This document shows positions 14,368-24,507 of a DNA stretch of 64,000 nucleotides, piece by piece (position 1 is the first letter of the stretch; each line of letters opens with the position of its first letter). The stretch comes from Deltaproteobacteria bacterium. Its GTDB lineage: Bacteria > Myxococcota_A > Polyangia > Haliangiales > JADYYK01. A program made the position numbers and the translations under genes. The notes beneath the pieces were generated by a model. That model was not told where the DNA came from. It worked only from the letters and a program-made list of their open reading frames with translations, and ran no database searches. The stretch covers positions 7,943 through 71,942 of the forward strand of contig JADYYK010000245.1 in assembly GCA_020853705.1 (NCBI GenBank), in the 5' to 3' direction.

Positions 14368-15161
14368 CAGCGCATCAGGTAGGTCATGAAGAAGTTGAGC
14401 AGCATGATCGAGATGGCGGCGGCCACCACGGCGTTGTTGACCGCGCGCCCGACGCCGATGGCGCCGCCCTTGACCGAGGTGCCGAAGTGGCAGCTGGTCA
14501 GGGCGATGGCCAGGCCGAAGACGACGGCCTTGATGAGGCCGTGGGTGAAGTCCTCCAGGTGCAGCTGATCCTTCATGCCGTAGAACACGGTGGCGTACTC
14601 GACGTCGAGCAGGAGGTGCGAGAACAGGCCGGCGCCCAGCAGCGCGACCAGGTCGCCCATGATGACCAGGCACACGATCGAGATCACCATCGCGACCACC
14701 CGGGGTACCACCAGGTAGCGCACCGGATCGATGGCCAGCGCGCGCAGAGCGTCGAGCTGCTCGGTGACCACCATGGTGCCGAGCTCGGCGGTGTTGTTGG
14801 CGCCGACGCGGCCGTTGAACATCAGGCCGATGAGCAGCGGCGCGACCTCGCGCAGGGTGGCGTAGCCGGCGGCCCAGCCGATGATGCCGCGGGCGTTGAA
14901 GCGCTCCACGAAGATCCCGGCCTGGATGACCATGATGCCGCCGGTGAAGAAGGCGGTCAGCACCACGATGGGCACCGACTCGACGCCCATCTTGTACAGG
15001 TTGCGCAGCAGTTCGCGGGCGTCGAAGCGCGGCGGGAGCAGCGCGCGCAGCACGCGCAGCAGCACCAGGGTGATGCCGCCGGCCTCGCGCGCCACCCCGA
15101 TGGCGCCGGCGCCGACCGCCGCCGACAGGTTGACGCTGGCGCGGCCGACGCGCCGGATCAC
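14367..15161 (-). CDS. mlaE: ABC transporter permease, MlaE-like
   Basis: A 264-aa polytopic membrane protein ([38 protein letters not shown]...) typical of MlaE. Its GTG start at 15159-15161 overlaps the upstream stop (GTGA). Its stop overlaps the mlaF ATG by 1 nt. Confidence 0.8.
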   Translation of the reverse strand: MIRRVGRASVNLSAAVGAGAIGVAREAGGITLVLLRVLRALLPPRFDARELLRNLYKMGVESVPIVVLTAFFTGGIMVIQAGIFVERFNARGIIGWAAGYATLREVAPLLIGLMFNGRVGANNTAELGTMVVTEQLDALRALAIDPVRYLVVPRVVAMVISIVCLVIMGDLVALLGAGLFSHLLLDVEYATVFYGMKDQLHLEDFTHGLIKAVVFGLAIALTSCHFGTSVKGGAIGVGRAVNNAVVAAAISIMLLNFFMTYLMR

Positions 15162-15895
15162 AGCGGGCCCTCGCTGGCGCCGGTGATGAACTGGCGCACC
15201 GCGGGGTCGTTGGACAGCGCGATCTCGGCGGCCTCGCCGTCGTAGCGCAGGCGGCCCTTGTACAGCATGGCCAGGCGGCCGGCATAGCCGCGAAGGGCGT
15301 CGACGTCGGACGACACCGCGACCACGGTGCACCCGGTCTCGTCCTGCTCGGCCTTGAGCAGGTCGTAGATCTTCGAGGTCGTCACCGGGTCGAGGCCGGC
15401 GGTGGGCTCGTCATAGATCACGATGTCGGGCTGTGCGATCGACGCGCGCGCGATCCCCACGCGCTTCTTCATGCCGCCCGACAGCTCGGAGGGGAACTTG
15501 TGCTCGCTGCCGGCCAGGCCGACCGCGCGCAGGCGCCGCGCCACGCGGTCCTTGATCTCGGCGTCGGGTCGGCCGCCGCGACGCACCAGCGGGACGGCCA
15601 CGTTGTCGCCCACGGTCATGAAGTCGAACAGGGCGTAGTTCTGGAACAGCATGCCGATGCGCATGCGCAGCGCCATCAGCTCGTCCTCGCGCTGCTTGCT
15701 CAGCGCCACCCCGGCCACCGTGATCTCGCCGCGATCGGGGCGCAGCAGGCCACACATCAGCTTGAGCAGCACGGTCTTGCCTGACGCACCGGGTCCAATC
15801 AGCCCCCAGCGCGCGCCCTTGGGCACATGCAGATCGACCTGCTCGAGCAGGGGCGTGTGGCCGAAGCCCTTGGCCACTTGGCTGAACCGGATCAT
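15158..15895 (-). CDS. second ABC ATP-binding protein of the Mla-like module, carrying an H-loop His-to-Ser substitution
   Basis: 245 aa from [11 protein letters not shown]. It has Walker A GPGASGKT, signature [14 protein letters not shown] and Walker [14 protein letters not shown]. The H-loop position reads VAVSSDVDA, where MlaF has IVVSHDLT. Confidence 0.8.
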   Translation of the reverse strand: MIRFSQVAKGFGHTPLLEQVDLHVPKGARWGLIGPGASGKTVLLKLMCGLLRPDRGEITVAGVALSKQREDELMALRMRIGMLFQNYALFDFMTVGDNVAVPLVRRGGRPDAEIKDRVARRLRAVGLAGSEHKFPSELSGGMKKRVGIARASIAQPDIVIYDEPTAGLDPVTTSKIYDLLKAEQDETGCTVVAVSSDVDALRGYAGRLAMLYKGRLRYDGEAAEIALSNDPAVRQFITGASEGPL

Positions 15896-15977
15896 CGGCG
15901 AACGCGGATAGTAGCATCGGAGCCCGGATAGTGTTCTGCCACCCAACCGCGCCTGCGGCGCTGTTGGCGGCAGCCCA

Positions 15978-17072
15978 CTAACGTGATTTCGGTGCGCTTG
16001 CGCGAGCAACCGCGGGGCAGCCGAGCTCGGCTCGCAGGGTCTCGGCGCGGTCACTGGAGGTCACCCGCTCGGGGTAGCGCCGGGCGTGGCGTGCCAGGGT
16101 GGCACAGGCGGCCTTGGGCTGGCCCTGGGCGGCCAGCGCGGTGGCGACCCAGACGGCGGCGTCGTCGCGTCGCGTCGAGTTGGGATAGTCGTCATACGCC
16201 TGACGGAAATAGCGCAGGGCCTTGGCTGGGGCCTTCATGTCCTCGAGCGCGATCCGCCCGGCCTCGATGGCGGCGTCGGGCATGTAGGGCGAGTTGTACG
16301 ACCCGATCATGCGTGCGGTGGCGCGGGTCGACAGGAAGGCCTCCAGGTGGTCGATGGCCTCCTGGGGCCGGCCCAGGCCGCGCAGGATCTTGGCCGCGGT
16401 GCGCCAGGAGTCGTCGCGCAGCCCGGATTTCGGGTACTCCAGCGGCAGCCGGTCGTACAGCTTCAGGGCGCCCTCGAGGTCGCCGCGGTCCTGGGTCAGC
16501 AGGGCGGCCTCGAACAGCAGGTTGTCGCCCACCGTGGTGCCGGGCACTTGCGGCTCGAGCTCGAGCAGGATGGCCAGCAGGTGCGCCTCGTCGTGGCGGC
16601 GACCCTCGCGCACCAGCACGCGCAGGGCGTCGTCGGCCGCGGCCGAGTCGGGATAGCCCAGGATGACCTTGTAGTGCAGCTCGTGGGCGCGCTGGTTCTG
16701 GCCCGCGTGCATCAGCAGATCGGCGGCGCGCTCCAGGGCGCGCGAGGCGGCGCGGCCACGGTTGCCGACCAGATCGGGCACCACCAGGAAGGCCGCCACG
16801 GCGTCGTCGATGCGCAGCAGGCGCGCCAGCGCGGTGGCGCGGCCCAGCGCAGCCGGCCCGCAGACCTTGCGCAGGGTCCAGTCGCTGACGTCGCGCGGGG
16901 CGCCCTGGCAGCGCTTGTCGACCAGGCCCGCGTACAGCTTCAGGGCGTCGTCCCAGCGACCCTGATCGCCGGCGCGCTCGGCCTCGGTCAGCTCGCGCGG
17001 CACCGCGCTGGCTCCGCAGCCGGCCAGCGTCGCGCAGGCCAGCAGCACGACGCCGAGGTCGCGGTGCCTCAT
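15978..17072 (-). CDS. TPR-repeat lipoprotein
   Basis: Lipobox [15 protein letters not shown]. Repeated helical-hairpin segments ([12 protein letters not shown]..., AIDHLEAFL..., [15 protein letters not shown]) resemble TPR or YfgM-type outer-membrane-associated proteins. Its start overlaps the ltaE stop by 4 nt. Confidence 0.65.
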   Translation of the reverse strand: MRHRDLGVVLLACATLAGCGASAVPRELTEAERAGDQGRWDDALKLYAGLVDKRCQGAPRDVSDWTLRKVCGPAALGRATALARLLRIDDAVAAFLVVPDLVGNRGRAASRALERAADLLMHAGQNQRAHELHYKVILGYPDSAAADDALRVLVREGRRHDEAHLLAILLELEPQVPGTTVGDNLLFEAALLTQDRGDLEGALKLYDRLPLEYPKSGLRDDSWRTAAKILRGLGRPQEAIDHLEAFLSTRATARMIGSYNSPYMPDAAIEAGRIALEDMKAPAKALRYFRQAYDDYPNSTRRDDAAVWVATALAAQGQPKAACATLARHARRYPERVTSSDRAETLRAELGCPAVARASAPKSR

Positions 17073-18133
17073 GCCGGCAGCCCGGCCAGCCGTCCCAGCG
17101 CGTCGTCACAGGCGGCGCGGCTGACGTCGAGGTGGGTGACCAGGCGGATCCGCCTGGGCCCGATGGCGTTCAGCAGCACGCCACGCTCGCGCGCGCCGGC
17201 CACGAAGGCGTCGGCCGGGCCGGTGAGGTCGGCGATCACGATGTTGGTCTCGGGCGCACCATCGACGCGCACCCCGGGCAGCCGTGCCAGGCCCTCCGCG
17301 AGCGCGCGGGCGCTGGCGTGATCGTCGCCCAGGCGGGCGGCGTGGTGATCGAGCGCGTGCAGCGCCGCCGCGGCCAGGATCCCGGCCTGGCGCATGCCCC
17401 CGCCCAGCATCTTGCGCATGCGATGGGCGCGGTCCATGAGCTCGCGCGAGCCGGTCAGGCACGAGCCCACCGGCGCGCCCAGCCCCTTGGAGAAGCACAC
17501 CGACACGGTGTCGAACGGCGCCGCCAGCGCGCGCAGCTCGGGCGACAGCGCCTCGGCCGCGGTGCCGGCCAGGCTGCGTCCTGCGGCGGCGGCGTGGAAC
17601 ACCGCCGCGTTCCACAGCCGCGCGCCGTCGAGGTGCAGCTGGAGGTCGCGCGCCCGCGCCGCCGCGACCACGGCGTCGCGCTGCGCTTGCGGCCACACCT
17701 TGCCGCCGCCGCGGTTGTGGGTGTCCTCCAGGCAGCACAGCCGGGTCGGCGCATAGTGGTGGTTGTCGACCTTGTAGCCGGCCTCGACGTCGGCGGCGTC
17801 GAACAGGCCGCCCTGGCCCACGATGGTCATCTGTACGCCGGCGATGGCGCCCGCCGCGCCCGACTCGTACAGGAAGTTGTGCGCACCCTCGCCGACGAGG
17901 ACGTCGTCACCGGGGCGGGTGTGAATCGCCAGCGCGATCTGGTTGGCCATCGAGCCCGATGGCACATACAGCGCCGCGGCCTTGCCGAGCAGCGCCGCGA
18001 CCCGCTCCTGCAGCCGGTTGACGGCGGGATCCTCGCCATAGACGTCGTCACCCACCTCGGCGTGCGCCATGGCCTCGCGCATCGCCGGGGTCGGCCGGGT
18101 CACGGTGTCGGAGCGCAGGTCGATCACGGTCAT
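17069..18133 (-). CDS. ltaE: low-specificity L-threonine aldolase (PLP-dependent)
   Basis: [36 protein letters not shown]...GSMANQIAL...[12 protein letters not shown] gives the threonine-aldolase / beta-eliminating lyase signature, including the PLP Lys in FSKGLG. I started at M21 of the listed ORF. Confidence 0.85.
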   Translation of the reverse strand: MTVIDLRSDTVTRPTPAMREAMAHAEVGDDVYGEDPAVNRLQERVAALLGKAAALYVPSGSMANQIALAIHTRPGDDVLVGEGAHNFLYESGAAGAIAGVQMTIVGQGGLFDAADVEAGYKVDNHHYAPTRLCCLEDTHNRGGGKVWPQAQRDAVVAAARARDLQLHLDGARLWNAAVFHAAAAGRSLAGTAAEALSPELRALAAPFDTVSVCFSKGLGAPVGSCLTGSRELMDRAHRMRKMLGGGMRQAGILAAAALHALDHHAARLGDDHASARALAEGLARLPGVRVDGAPETNIVIADLTGPADAFVAGARERGVLLNAIGPRRIRLVTHLDVSRAACDDALGRLAGLPA

Positions 18134-18164
18134 GCCGCGCAGGGTAGCAGAACCCGGATGCGAG

Positions 18165-19625
18165 CTAGCGGACCTCGAGCACCAGCACGCCACGCCCCTT
18201 GGTGCCCAGGAAGACCCGGCGGGTCACCGGGTCGATGGCGATGGCGCGGGTGTCATCGACCGCGACGCCCGCGGGCGCAGCCATCACGATGACCTGGGCG
18301 CGGTCGCGCTTGAAGCGGGCCGCGCCCTTGGAGGTCGCCATCCAGACGTCGCCGCCAGCGTCGACCGCCAGCGAGCGGATGTCGTTCGAGGCCAGCGCCG
18401 AGTTCATCATGGTGAGGCCATAGATCTGGGTCAGCATCCCGCCCGGGGCCAGCTGGTCGCCGTAGAGGCCATTGCCGTCGGTGGCCGCCCACAGCAGCGA
18501 GCGCGCGCCGTCCCAGGCCAGATCGCGCACCTTGTCGTCGCCGGCCAGCAGGCTGGTGCTGGCGTTCGAGAGCAGATCATAGAGGTCGTTCGAGGCCGCG
18601 ATGTTGCGCGGCGCCGGCGCGCCGACCTCGACCACGGCCTCCAGGGTGAAGTCGCCCAGCGGGCCCAGCGCCGCACCGAAGCTGCCGGCGGCGTCGAACG
18701 GCAGCACCCCGCGCGAGGTCGCCAGCCACAGCGCGGCCTGCTCGCCGACCTGGGGCGCCATCGCGAACACCGTGGGCGGCGTCCCGCTGGTGAAGGCGAC
18801 GGCGAAGTCGAACACGTTGCGTACCGGGGCCGCGGCGTCGCTGCAATCGACCCGCATGAAGTCATTGGCGGTGACCGCGCCGAAGTAGGCCCGCGGCGAG
18901 CGCGGGTGAAAGAACACCGAGCGCCAGCGCGTGTTGGTGGGCAGGCCGCCCGAGAACGGCGCGCCCCCGGCGACGTCCTGCCACATCGCGCTGGGCGGCG
19001 CGATCGACGTCAAGGGCGCGCTCATGGCGCCGTCGTCGGTGGCCACCCACAGGCGGCCCGCGCCGAGGTCGACGTCGTTGACGTCGTTGCGTGCGGCGGC
19101 GCCCAGCGCCACCAGCTCGACGAAGGGCGCGGCGCGGAAGGCGGCAATATCGACCATGCGCATGATGGGCGCAGGCCCGGCCACGGAGGCCTGCACCCGC
19201 GCCACATAGGTGGTGGCCTCGGCGGCGACCGCGCTGATGGCGGGCGCGGTCGGCCCGGGCAGGAGGTTGCCCGCCGGGGTCAGCGACCAGGTCACCGTGA
19301 TGGGCCCGAACGGCGAGCACGAGCCCTCGGTGTCGAGCGCGACGGTGTCGCCCAGCAGCACCGGCGTCGGGGTGCCGCCCGCGCTCTTGACCTGGCCGTT
19401 GACCCGCACCACCAGCGTCAGATCGGTGCTGCAGCCAGCGTCGGCGCCGCCACCGTCGGGGCCGCCGTCACCGGGACCGCCATCGCCGGGGCCGCCGTCG
19501 CCGGGCCCGCCGTCGTCGGGGGCGGCGTCGCGCACGCGCACGCCGGAGCTGTCGAACGAGCAGCCCGCCGCCGCGGCGCACGCCAGCGTCACCCGGGCAG
19601 GCCACGCGCGCGCCAGCGTCGTCAC
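18165..19625 (-). CDS. lipoprotein with beta-propeller (two-component-regulator-propeller / Reg_prop-like) repeats and a (GGPGD)4 linker
   Basis: Its GTG start overlaps the upstream stop (GTGA). Lipobox [12 protein letters not shown]. The linker [24 protein letters not shown] is encoded by a 15-nt DNA repeat. Reg_prop-like motifs recur ([28 protein letters not shown]). The 486 aa come from the C-terminal 486 residues of the 872-aa ORF. Confidence 0.65.
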   Translation of the reverse strand: MTTLARAWPARVTLACAAAAGCSFDSSGVRVRDAAPDDGGPGDGGPGDGGPGDGGPDGGGADAGCSTDLTLVVRVNGQVKSAGGTPTPVLLGDTVALDTEGSCSPFGPITVTWSLTPAGNLLPGPTAPAISAVAAEATTYVARVQASVAGPAPIMRMVDIAAFRAAPFVELVALGAAARNDVNDVDLGAGRLWVATDDGAMSAPLTSIAPPSAMWQDVAGGAPFSGGLPTNTRWRSVFFHPRSPRAYFGAVTANDFMRVDCSDAAAPVRNVFDFAVAFTSGTPPTVFAMAPQVGEQAALWLATSRGVLPFDAAGSFGAALGPLGDFTLEAVVEVGAPAPRNIAASNDLYDLLSNASTSLLAGDDKVRDLAWDGARSLLWAATDGNGLYGDQLAPGGMLTQIYGLTMMNSALASNDIRSLAVDAGGDVWMATSKGAARFKRDRAQVIVMAAPAGVAVDDTRAIAIDPVTRRVFLGTKGRGVLVLEVR

Positions 19626-20677
19626 TTGTCCTCGGTCGCCGCCGCCGACGACGCGCGCACCACGTTGCTGAGCGAGATCCGGCTGGTCAGCAGCGCGACG
19701 GCGCCGGTGCCCATGTACCAGAGCACCTGGGTGGCGTGGCTGAACACCGCGAAGATCTGGCCGCCGTGCTCGACCACGTCCTTGGCCAGGTACAGCTTGA
19801 GGCCGACGATGGTGAACCAGGTGTACTGCCCGACCAGGCCGGGCGAGTTGGGCAGCGTGATGCCGACCGCGACCAGCCCCATCACGGTGAAGGCCGCGAT
19901 CACCGACAGCCCGCCCGGGCCGAGGTCGAAGCCGCGCGCCAGCACCCACACGCTGAGGCCGTTGGCGCTCCAGTACACCACCGACATGGCCACGAAGATG
20001 GCCAGATCGCGCGGATCCTTGAGCACGCGAAAGCCCCGGATCAGCGCGTGCATCTTGTCGCCCAGCTTCTCGGCCAGCCGCGGCGCGAAGCGCTCGATCA
20101 GGGTCAGCCGCATGGTCCAGCGCACCGTCCAGCTGGGCGCGCTGAGCATGAAGATGAGGAACAGCATGGCGGCGCCGAAGATGGCCAGGCTGATGTACGC
20201 CGTCGGCATCATCCAGCTCGGCGCCGGCACGCTGCTGGCGGCGCGGATCGAGCAGGTCACGAACACCAGCAGCGAGATCAGCAGGCCATCGACGATGCGC
20301 TCGACCGCGACGGTGCCCAGCGCCGAGGCCATCGACACCTTGCCGGGCTCGCGGATGAGGTACGGCCGCACGAACTCGCCCAGGCGCGCCGGCAGCGCCA
20401 GGATGGCCATGAAGCCGACCGTGCTGACCGACATCAGGCGGCCGAACGGCAGCTCGACGCCGATCGGCCGGAGCAGGTACTTCCAGCGCCAGGCCCGGAA
20501 CAGGTGCACCACGATCATGAGCGCGAACATCTGCGCCAGCGCCGGCCACAGCCGGTCCATGTCGACCGACTGCCAGGCCAGCTGCAGGTGGTGCCACTGA
20601 TCGCCACGGAAGTACGCCAGCCAGGCGAACAGCGCCAGCATGGCGAGCGAGAGCGCGAGGTTGATCGCGAGCTTCAA
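19622..20677 (-). CDS. polytopic membrane protein of the LPG-synthase-TM / flippase-like (UPF0104) family
   Basis: A TTG start (MKLAINLALSLAMLALFAW...) lies 8 nt after the upstream stop, with an alternative ATG at 20641. About 8 TM helices and conserved charged residues in the loops (RWKYLLRP, ARLGEFVRPYL) match the lysylphosphatidylglycerol-synthase TM domain family, which often sits in glycan or lipid modification loci. Confidence 0.6.
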   Translation of the reverse strand: MKLAINLALSLAMLALFAWLAYFRGDQWHHLQLAWQSVDMDRLWPALAQMFALMIVVHLFRAWRWKYLLRPIGVELPFGRLMSVSTVGFMAILALPARLGEFVRPYLIREPGKVSMASALGTVAVERIVDGLLISLLVFVTCSIRAASSVPAPSWMMPTAYISLAIFGAAMLFLIFMLSAPSWTVRWTMRLTLIERFAPRLAEKLGDKMHALIRGFRVLKDPRDLAIFVAMSVVYWSANGLSVWVLARGFDLGPGGLSVIAAFTVMGLVAVGITLPNSPGLVGQYTWFTIVGLKLYLAKDVVEHGGQIFAVFSHATQVLWYMGTGAVALLTSRISLSNVVRASSAAATEDK

Positions 20678-20685
20678 AGCGGGGA

Positions 20686-21987
20686 CTACAGCCGGATGAC
20701 CTTGCCGGGGGCCTGCTCGCGCACCTGCTTGGTGGCGTTGCGGGTGTCGATGACCAGGCGCGCCTCGCGCACCACGCGGCCATAGTCGACCGCGGTGTGA
20801 TCGGTGACGATGACCACGGCGTCCCAGCTGCTGAGGTCGGTCAGCGGCACCGAGGTCAGCTTGTGGTGCGGCAGCTCCAGCGTCGGCACGTGCGGATCGT
20901 GGTACTGCACCTCGGCGCCGCGCTCCATCAGGAGCTCGATGACGTCGAGCGCCGGGGACTCGCGCATGTCCTCGATGTCGCGCTTGTACGACACCCCGAG
21001 CACCAGCACCTTGGCGCCCTTGACCGACTGCTTGCGGTCGTTCAGGGCGTCGCGCACGCGCTCGACCACGATCGCCGGCATGCCCGAGTTGATCTGGTCG
21101 GCCAGCTCGATGAAGCGCGCGTTGTACTTCATGGTCTTCATCTTCCACGACAGGTACAGGGGGTCGACCGGGATGCAGTGGCCGCCGAGGCCCGGGCCGG
21201 GGAAGAAGGGCATGAAGCCGAACGGCTTGGTCGCCGCGGCCTCGATGATCTCGAAGGTGTCGAGGCCGAGCTTGCCGGCCATGATGGCGATCTCGTTGAC
21301 CAGGCCGATGTTGACGGCGCGAAAGGTGTTCTCCAGCAGCTTGACCATCTCGGCGGCATCGGTCGACGACACCGGGACCACGCGGTCCATGACCTCGCCG
21401 TACATGGCGCGACCGGCCTCCATGCACTTCGGGGTGAAGCCGCCGATGACCTTGGGCGTGTTCTTGGTCTGATACTTGGCGTTGCCTGGATCGACGCGCT
21501 CGGGCGAGAAGCACACGAAGAAGTCGACGCCGATCTTCTTGCCGCTCTGCTCCAGGCGCGGCACCAGGACCTCGCGGGTGAAGCCGGGGAAGGTGGTCGA
21601 CTCCAGGATGATGAGCTGACCCGAGCGCAGCCGGGGCGCGATGTCCTCGGCCGCCGCCATGATGAAGGAGTTGTCGGGGTCCTTGGTCTTGTTGAGCGGC
21701 GTGGGCACGCAGATGACGATGACGTCGGCGTCGCCGAGCACGCTGGGGTCGCTGCTGGCGGTCAGCTTGCCGGAGTCGACGTGGCTGGCGAGGACGGCGT
21801 CGGGGATGTCCTTGATGTAGGACTTCTTGGCCTTGACGCCGGCGATCTTGCGCTCGTCCTTGTCATAGCCGGTGACCGAGAAGCCGGCGCGGGCGATCTC
21901 GGTGCACAGCGGCAGACCGACATAGCCGATGCCCACGACGGCGACCTTGGCGGTGTGCGACTGGATTCGTTCGAGGAGGGCGCTCAT
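20686..21987 (-). CDS. nucleotide-sugar dehydrogenase (UDP-glucose / UDP-N-acetyl-mannosamine dehydrogenase family)
   Basis: VAVVGIGYVGLPL is the Rossmann GxGxxG. A catalytic Cys sits in GPGLGGHCIPVDP. A C-terminal UDP-binding domain is present. I started at M9 of the ORF. Confidence 0.85.
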   Translation of the reverse strand: MSALLERIQSHTAKVAVVGIGYVGLPLCTEIARAGFSVTGYDKDERKIAGVKAKKSYIKDIPDAVLASHVDSGKLTASSDPSVLGDADVIVICVPTPLNKTKDPDNSFIMAAAEDIAPRLRSGQLIILESTTFPGFTREVLVPRLEQSGKKIGVDFFVCFSPERVDPGNAKYQTKNTPKVIGGFTPKCMEAGRAMYGEVMDRVVPVSSTDAAEMVKLLENTFRAVNIGLVNEIAIMAGKLGLDTFEIIEAAATKPFGFMPFFPGPGLGGHCIPVDPLYLSWKMKTMKYNARFIELADQINSGMPAIVVERVRDALNDRKQSVKGAKVLVLGVSYKRDIEDMRESPALDVIELLMERGAEVQYHDPHVPTLELPHHKLTSVPLTDLSSWDAVVIVTDHTAVDYGRVVREARLVIDTRNATKQVREQAPGKVIRL

Positions 21988-22032
21988 CGGGAGGCGAAGT
22001 CCTTTCTGCAATTCGGTTGCATCAAGCTGGGG

Positions 22033-22770
22033 TCAGCCGACCGGGTCGGGCAGTTCGCCCGCCACGATACGGCGGGGATGCTCCGCGAGCAACCGGGTCA
22101 CTGCAGCCAGGCCCAGACGCTTCTTGATCCAGGCCAGGCCGGCCCCGGCGGCGCGCACGTCCTCGGAGGTGTGGACATCGGAGGCGCAGGCGTGGGCGAC
22201 GCCCTCCTCGACCAGGCGGCGGGCCTGCTTGCCCTGCTGTCGGCCATGGGCGCCATCGAGCGCGGCCAGGTCGACCACCAGGGCGCACGACTCGGCGAGC
22301 TGGGTCAGGCGGTCCCAGTCCTTCCACAGCGGCATGTAGCGCTCGGGGTGGGCCATCACTGGCAGCATGCGACTGACCCGCAGCTCGAACAGGACGTCCT
22401 CGAGGCGGGGCGGCAGCTGCTGGACCGGGAGCTCGAACAGGAAGGCGGGGCCGCCGTCATAGCGCGGGAAGCTGCGCTGGGACAGGCGAGCGAAGAACAC
22501 GTCGTCCCACATGTTTTCGGCGGCCAGGCGCAGCGTGACCGGGACCGCGGCGGCGGCGCGGGCGGCCTCCAGGGCGCCGTGGGCCGCGCTGATGGCGGCA
22601 GCCTCGGGCAGGAACATGCCGGCGCGTTGATGCGGCGTGGCAAAGACCTCGGAGAAGCCCAGCTCCCCGAGGCCGCGCAGCATGGCGACACCGTCCTCGA
22701 GCTGTCTGGCGCCGTCGTCCAGCCCGGCGAGGACGTGTGAGTGGAGGTCGAGGAAGCCGGCCATGCCCAT
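22033..22770 (-). CDS. PHP-family protein-tyrosine phosphatase (CpsB/CapC/YwqE-like)
   Basis: MGMAGFLDLHSHVLAGLDDGA is the characteristic N-terminal metal-binding motif of the family. Further His/Asp motifs follow (VFATPHQ, MAHPERY, ASDVHT). I started at M34 of the listed ORF. Confidence 0.75.
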   Translation of the reverse strand: MGMAGFLDLHSHVLAGLDDGARQLEDGVAMLRGLGELGFSEVFATPHQRAGMFLPEAAAISAAHGALEAARAAAAVPVTLRLAAENMWDDVFFARLSQRSFPRYDGGPAFLFELPVQQLPPRLEDVLFELRVSRMLPVMAHPERYMPLWKDWDRLTQLAESCALVVDLAALDGAHGRQQGKQARRLVEEGVAHACASDVHTSEDVRAAGAGLAWIKKRLGLAAVTRLLAEHPRRIVAGELPDPVG

Positions 22771-22911
22771 GGGGAAGGCGGGGAGTGTAACAGAGAATAC
22801 CCCCATGGCAGGGCGCGGGGACCCCCAAGGGGTGTCTTGGCGGAGGGTCCAACAAAATGCCATAATCACAAGTCACGGGACGCACCGCCGCGTCCGCCGC
22901 GCGAGGAAACG

Positions 22912-23673
22912 ATGGCCGAGAAGAAAGAAAGCTCCGTCCTGTTTTCGCTCCGAGAGCTGCGCCAGCTGGAGGACGACCGCGTCTCCAAGGAGCAGCAGGA
23001 TCTGTCAGCGCGCCTGGCCGCCGAGAAGCAGGCCAAGCTCGACGCCGAGCGCCGCGCCCGTGAAGAAGAAGAGGCCCGCCTCCAGGCCGAACAGGACCGC
23101 GTGCGCGCCGAGCAGGAGCGCCGTGAGGCGCTGGAGCGCGAGGAGCGCATCCGGGTCCAGGAGACCGAGCGCAAGGCGCAGGTCGAGGCCCAGATGCAGC
23201 TCGAGCAGCAGCGTCTGCACCTCGAGCACCAGCAGAAGCTGGCGGCCGCGCCGACCAAGAGCCACAAGATGCTGTACGGCATCGTGGCCGGCATGGCGGT
23301 GCTGGTCATCGGGCTGGGGATCTTCTACTACCGGCACACCCAGCAGGCCGCGCGTGAGCGTCAGCGCGCCGCCGCCGAGCTGGCCGCGCTGCAGAAGACC
23401 CTCGACGAGACCACCGCGGAGGCCGATCGCATCAACCGCGAGATCGCGTCGATCCAGGGCCAGATCCTCAACGCCAACGAGGCCGATCGCGAGCGCCTCA
23501 AGAAGGAGCTGGAGAAGAAGCAGCGCGAGATGCAGGCCAACGCGGCGCGCGCCAACGACGCCAAGACCAAGATCAGCTCGCGTGGCTCCAGCAAGCCCGA
23601 CAAGCCCAAGGGCCCCAAGATCAACCTCGACATCGACACCAGCAACGCGACCGGCGGCATCAACGGCAAGTAG
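22912..23673 (+). CDS. bitopic coiled-coil membrane protein (paralog A of a tandem pair)
   Basis: MAEKKESSVLFSLRELRQLEDDRV... opens an E/R/A/Q-rich coiled coil. A TM helix follows (MLYGIVAGMAVLVIGLGIFYY), then a second coiled-coil region. I started at M58 of the ORF. Confidence 0.7.
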   Translation: MAEKKESSVLFSLRELRQLEDDRVSKEQQDLSARLAAEKQAKLDAERRAREEEEARLQAEQDRVRAEQERREALEREERIRVQETERKAQVEAQMQLEQQRLHLEHQQKLAAAPTKSHKMLYGIVAGMAVLVIGLGIFYYRHTQQAARERQRAAAELAALQKTLDETTAEADRINREIASIQGQILNANEADRERLKKELEKKQREMQANAARANDAKTKISSRGSSKPDKPKGPKINLDIDTSNATGGINGK

Positions 23674-23700
23674 CCGCCCGCCGCGTCGCCGTGCCGGCAA

Positions 23701-23737
23701 CGCCGTCAGACCATTCCGGGTCTGGCGGCGTTTTGAT
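23701..23737 (+). terminator. Rho-independent terminator candidate between the tandem paralogs
   Basis: The stem cgccgtcagacc, loop attccg, stem ggtctggcggcg and T-run ttttgatttc lie 28 nt after the stop at 23673. The next gene has its own RBS ggag. Confidence 0.55.
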
Positions 23738-23757
23738 TTCGTGGTACAGGAGATCCC

Positions 23758-24498
23758 ATGGCGGAGAAGAAGGAAAGCTCGGTCCTGTTCTCACTGCGTG
23801 AGCTGCGCAACCTCGAGGACGACCGGGTCAAGAGCGAGGCCGAGGCCGCCGCCGCCCGCGAGGCCGCCGAGAAGCAGGCCAAGGCCGACGCCGAGCGCAG
23901 CGCGCGCGAGGCCGAGGAGGCCAAGCTGCGCGCCGAGCAGGAGCGCGTGCGCGCCGAGCAGGAGCGCAAGGAGGCGCTGGAGCGCGAGGAGCGCATCCGG
24001 GTCCAGGAGGCCGAGCGCAAGGCGCAGGTCGAGGCCCAGATGCAGCTCGAGCAGCAGCGCCTGCACCACGAGCACGAGCAGGCGCTGGCCGCGGCGCCCA
24101 AGCGCAGCCACAAGGTGCTGTACGCCATCGTCGCCAGCATGGTCGTGCTGGTCATCGTGCTGGGCGTGGTCTTCTACCAGAACAAGCAGAAGACCGATCG
24201 CGAGCGGCGCCAGTCGGCCGCCATCCTGGCCGCGCTGCAGAAGCAGCTCAGCGACGCCGACGCCGAGTCCAAGGCGGTCAACGATCGCATCAAGGTGCTG
24301 ACCGATCGGCTGGCCGCGGCCAGCACCCCCGAGGAGCGCGACGCCATCGGCGCCGACATCGCCAAGGAGACCAAGAAGTCGGAGGGGATCTCGCGCAAGC
24401 GCAAGGTCCTCGGCGAGAAGCTCAAGAACCCCAAGGGGCTGAGCACCAAGGATCTCGAGGTCGGCAGCGGCGCCATGGACGGCGTCACCGGGCAGTGA
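23758..24498 (+). CDS. bitopic coiled-coil membrane protein (paralog B of the tandem pair)
   Basis: MAEKKESSVLFSLRELRNLEDDRV matches paralog A in its first 17 residues. The shared block EALEREERIRVQE(A/T)ERKAQVEAQMQLEQQRLH is present, and the TM helix is VLYAIVASMVVLVIVLGVVFY. Confidence 0.75.
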   Translation: MAEKKESSVLFSLRELRNLEDDRVKSEAEAAAAREAAEKQAKADAERSAREAEEAKLRAEQERVRAEQERKEALEREERIRVQEAERKAQVEAQMQLEQQRLHHEHEQALAAAPKRSHKVLYAIVASMVVLVIVLGVVFYQNKQKTDRERRQSAAILAALQKQLSDADAESKAVNDRIKVLTDRLAAASTPEERDAIGADIAKETKKSEGISRKRKVLGEKLKNPKGLSTKDLEVGSGAMDGVTGQ

Positions 24499-24507
24499 CC
24501 CGCCAGG

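Noticed and set aside
13576-15285. single 569-aa ORF in the track
   Set aside because: It is a fusion of MlaF (13576-14367) with an out-of-frame read-through of mlaE. I split it at the internal ATG that begins the complete MlaF N-terminus (MANPTK...), which overlaps the mlaE stop.
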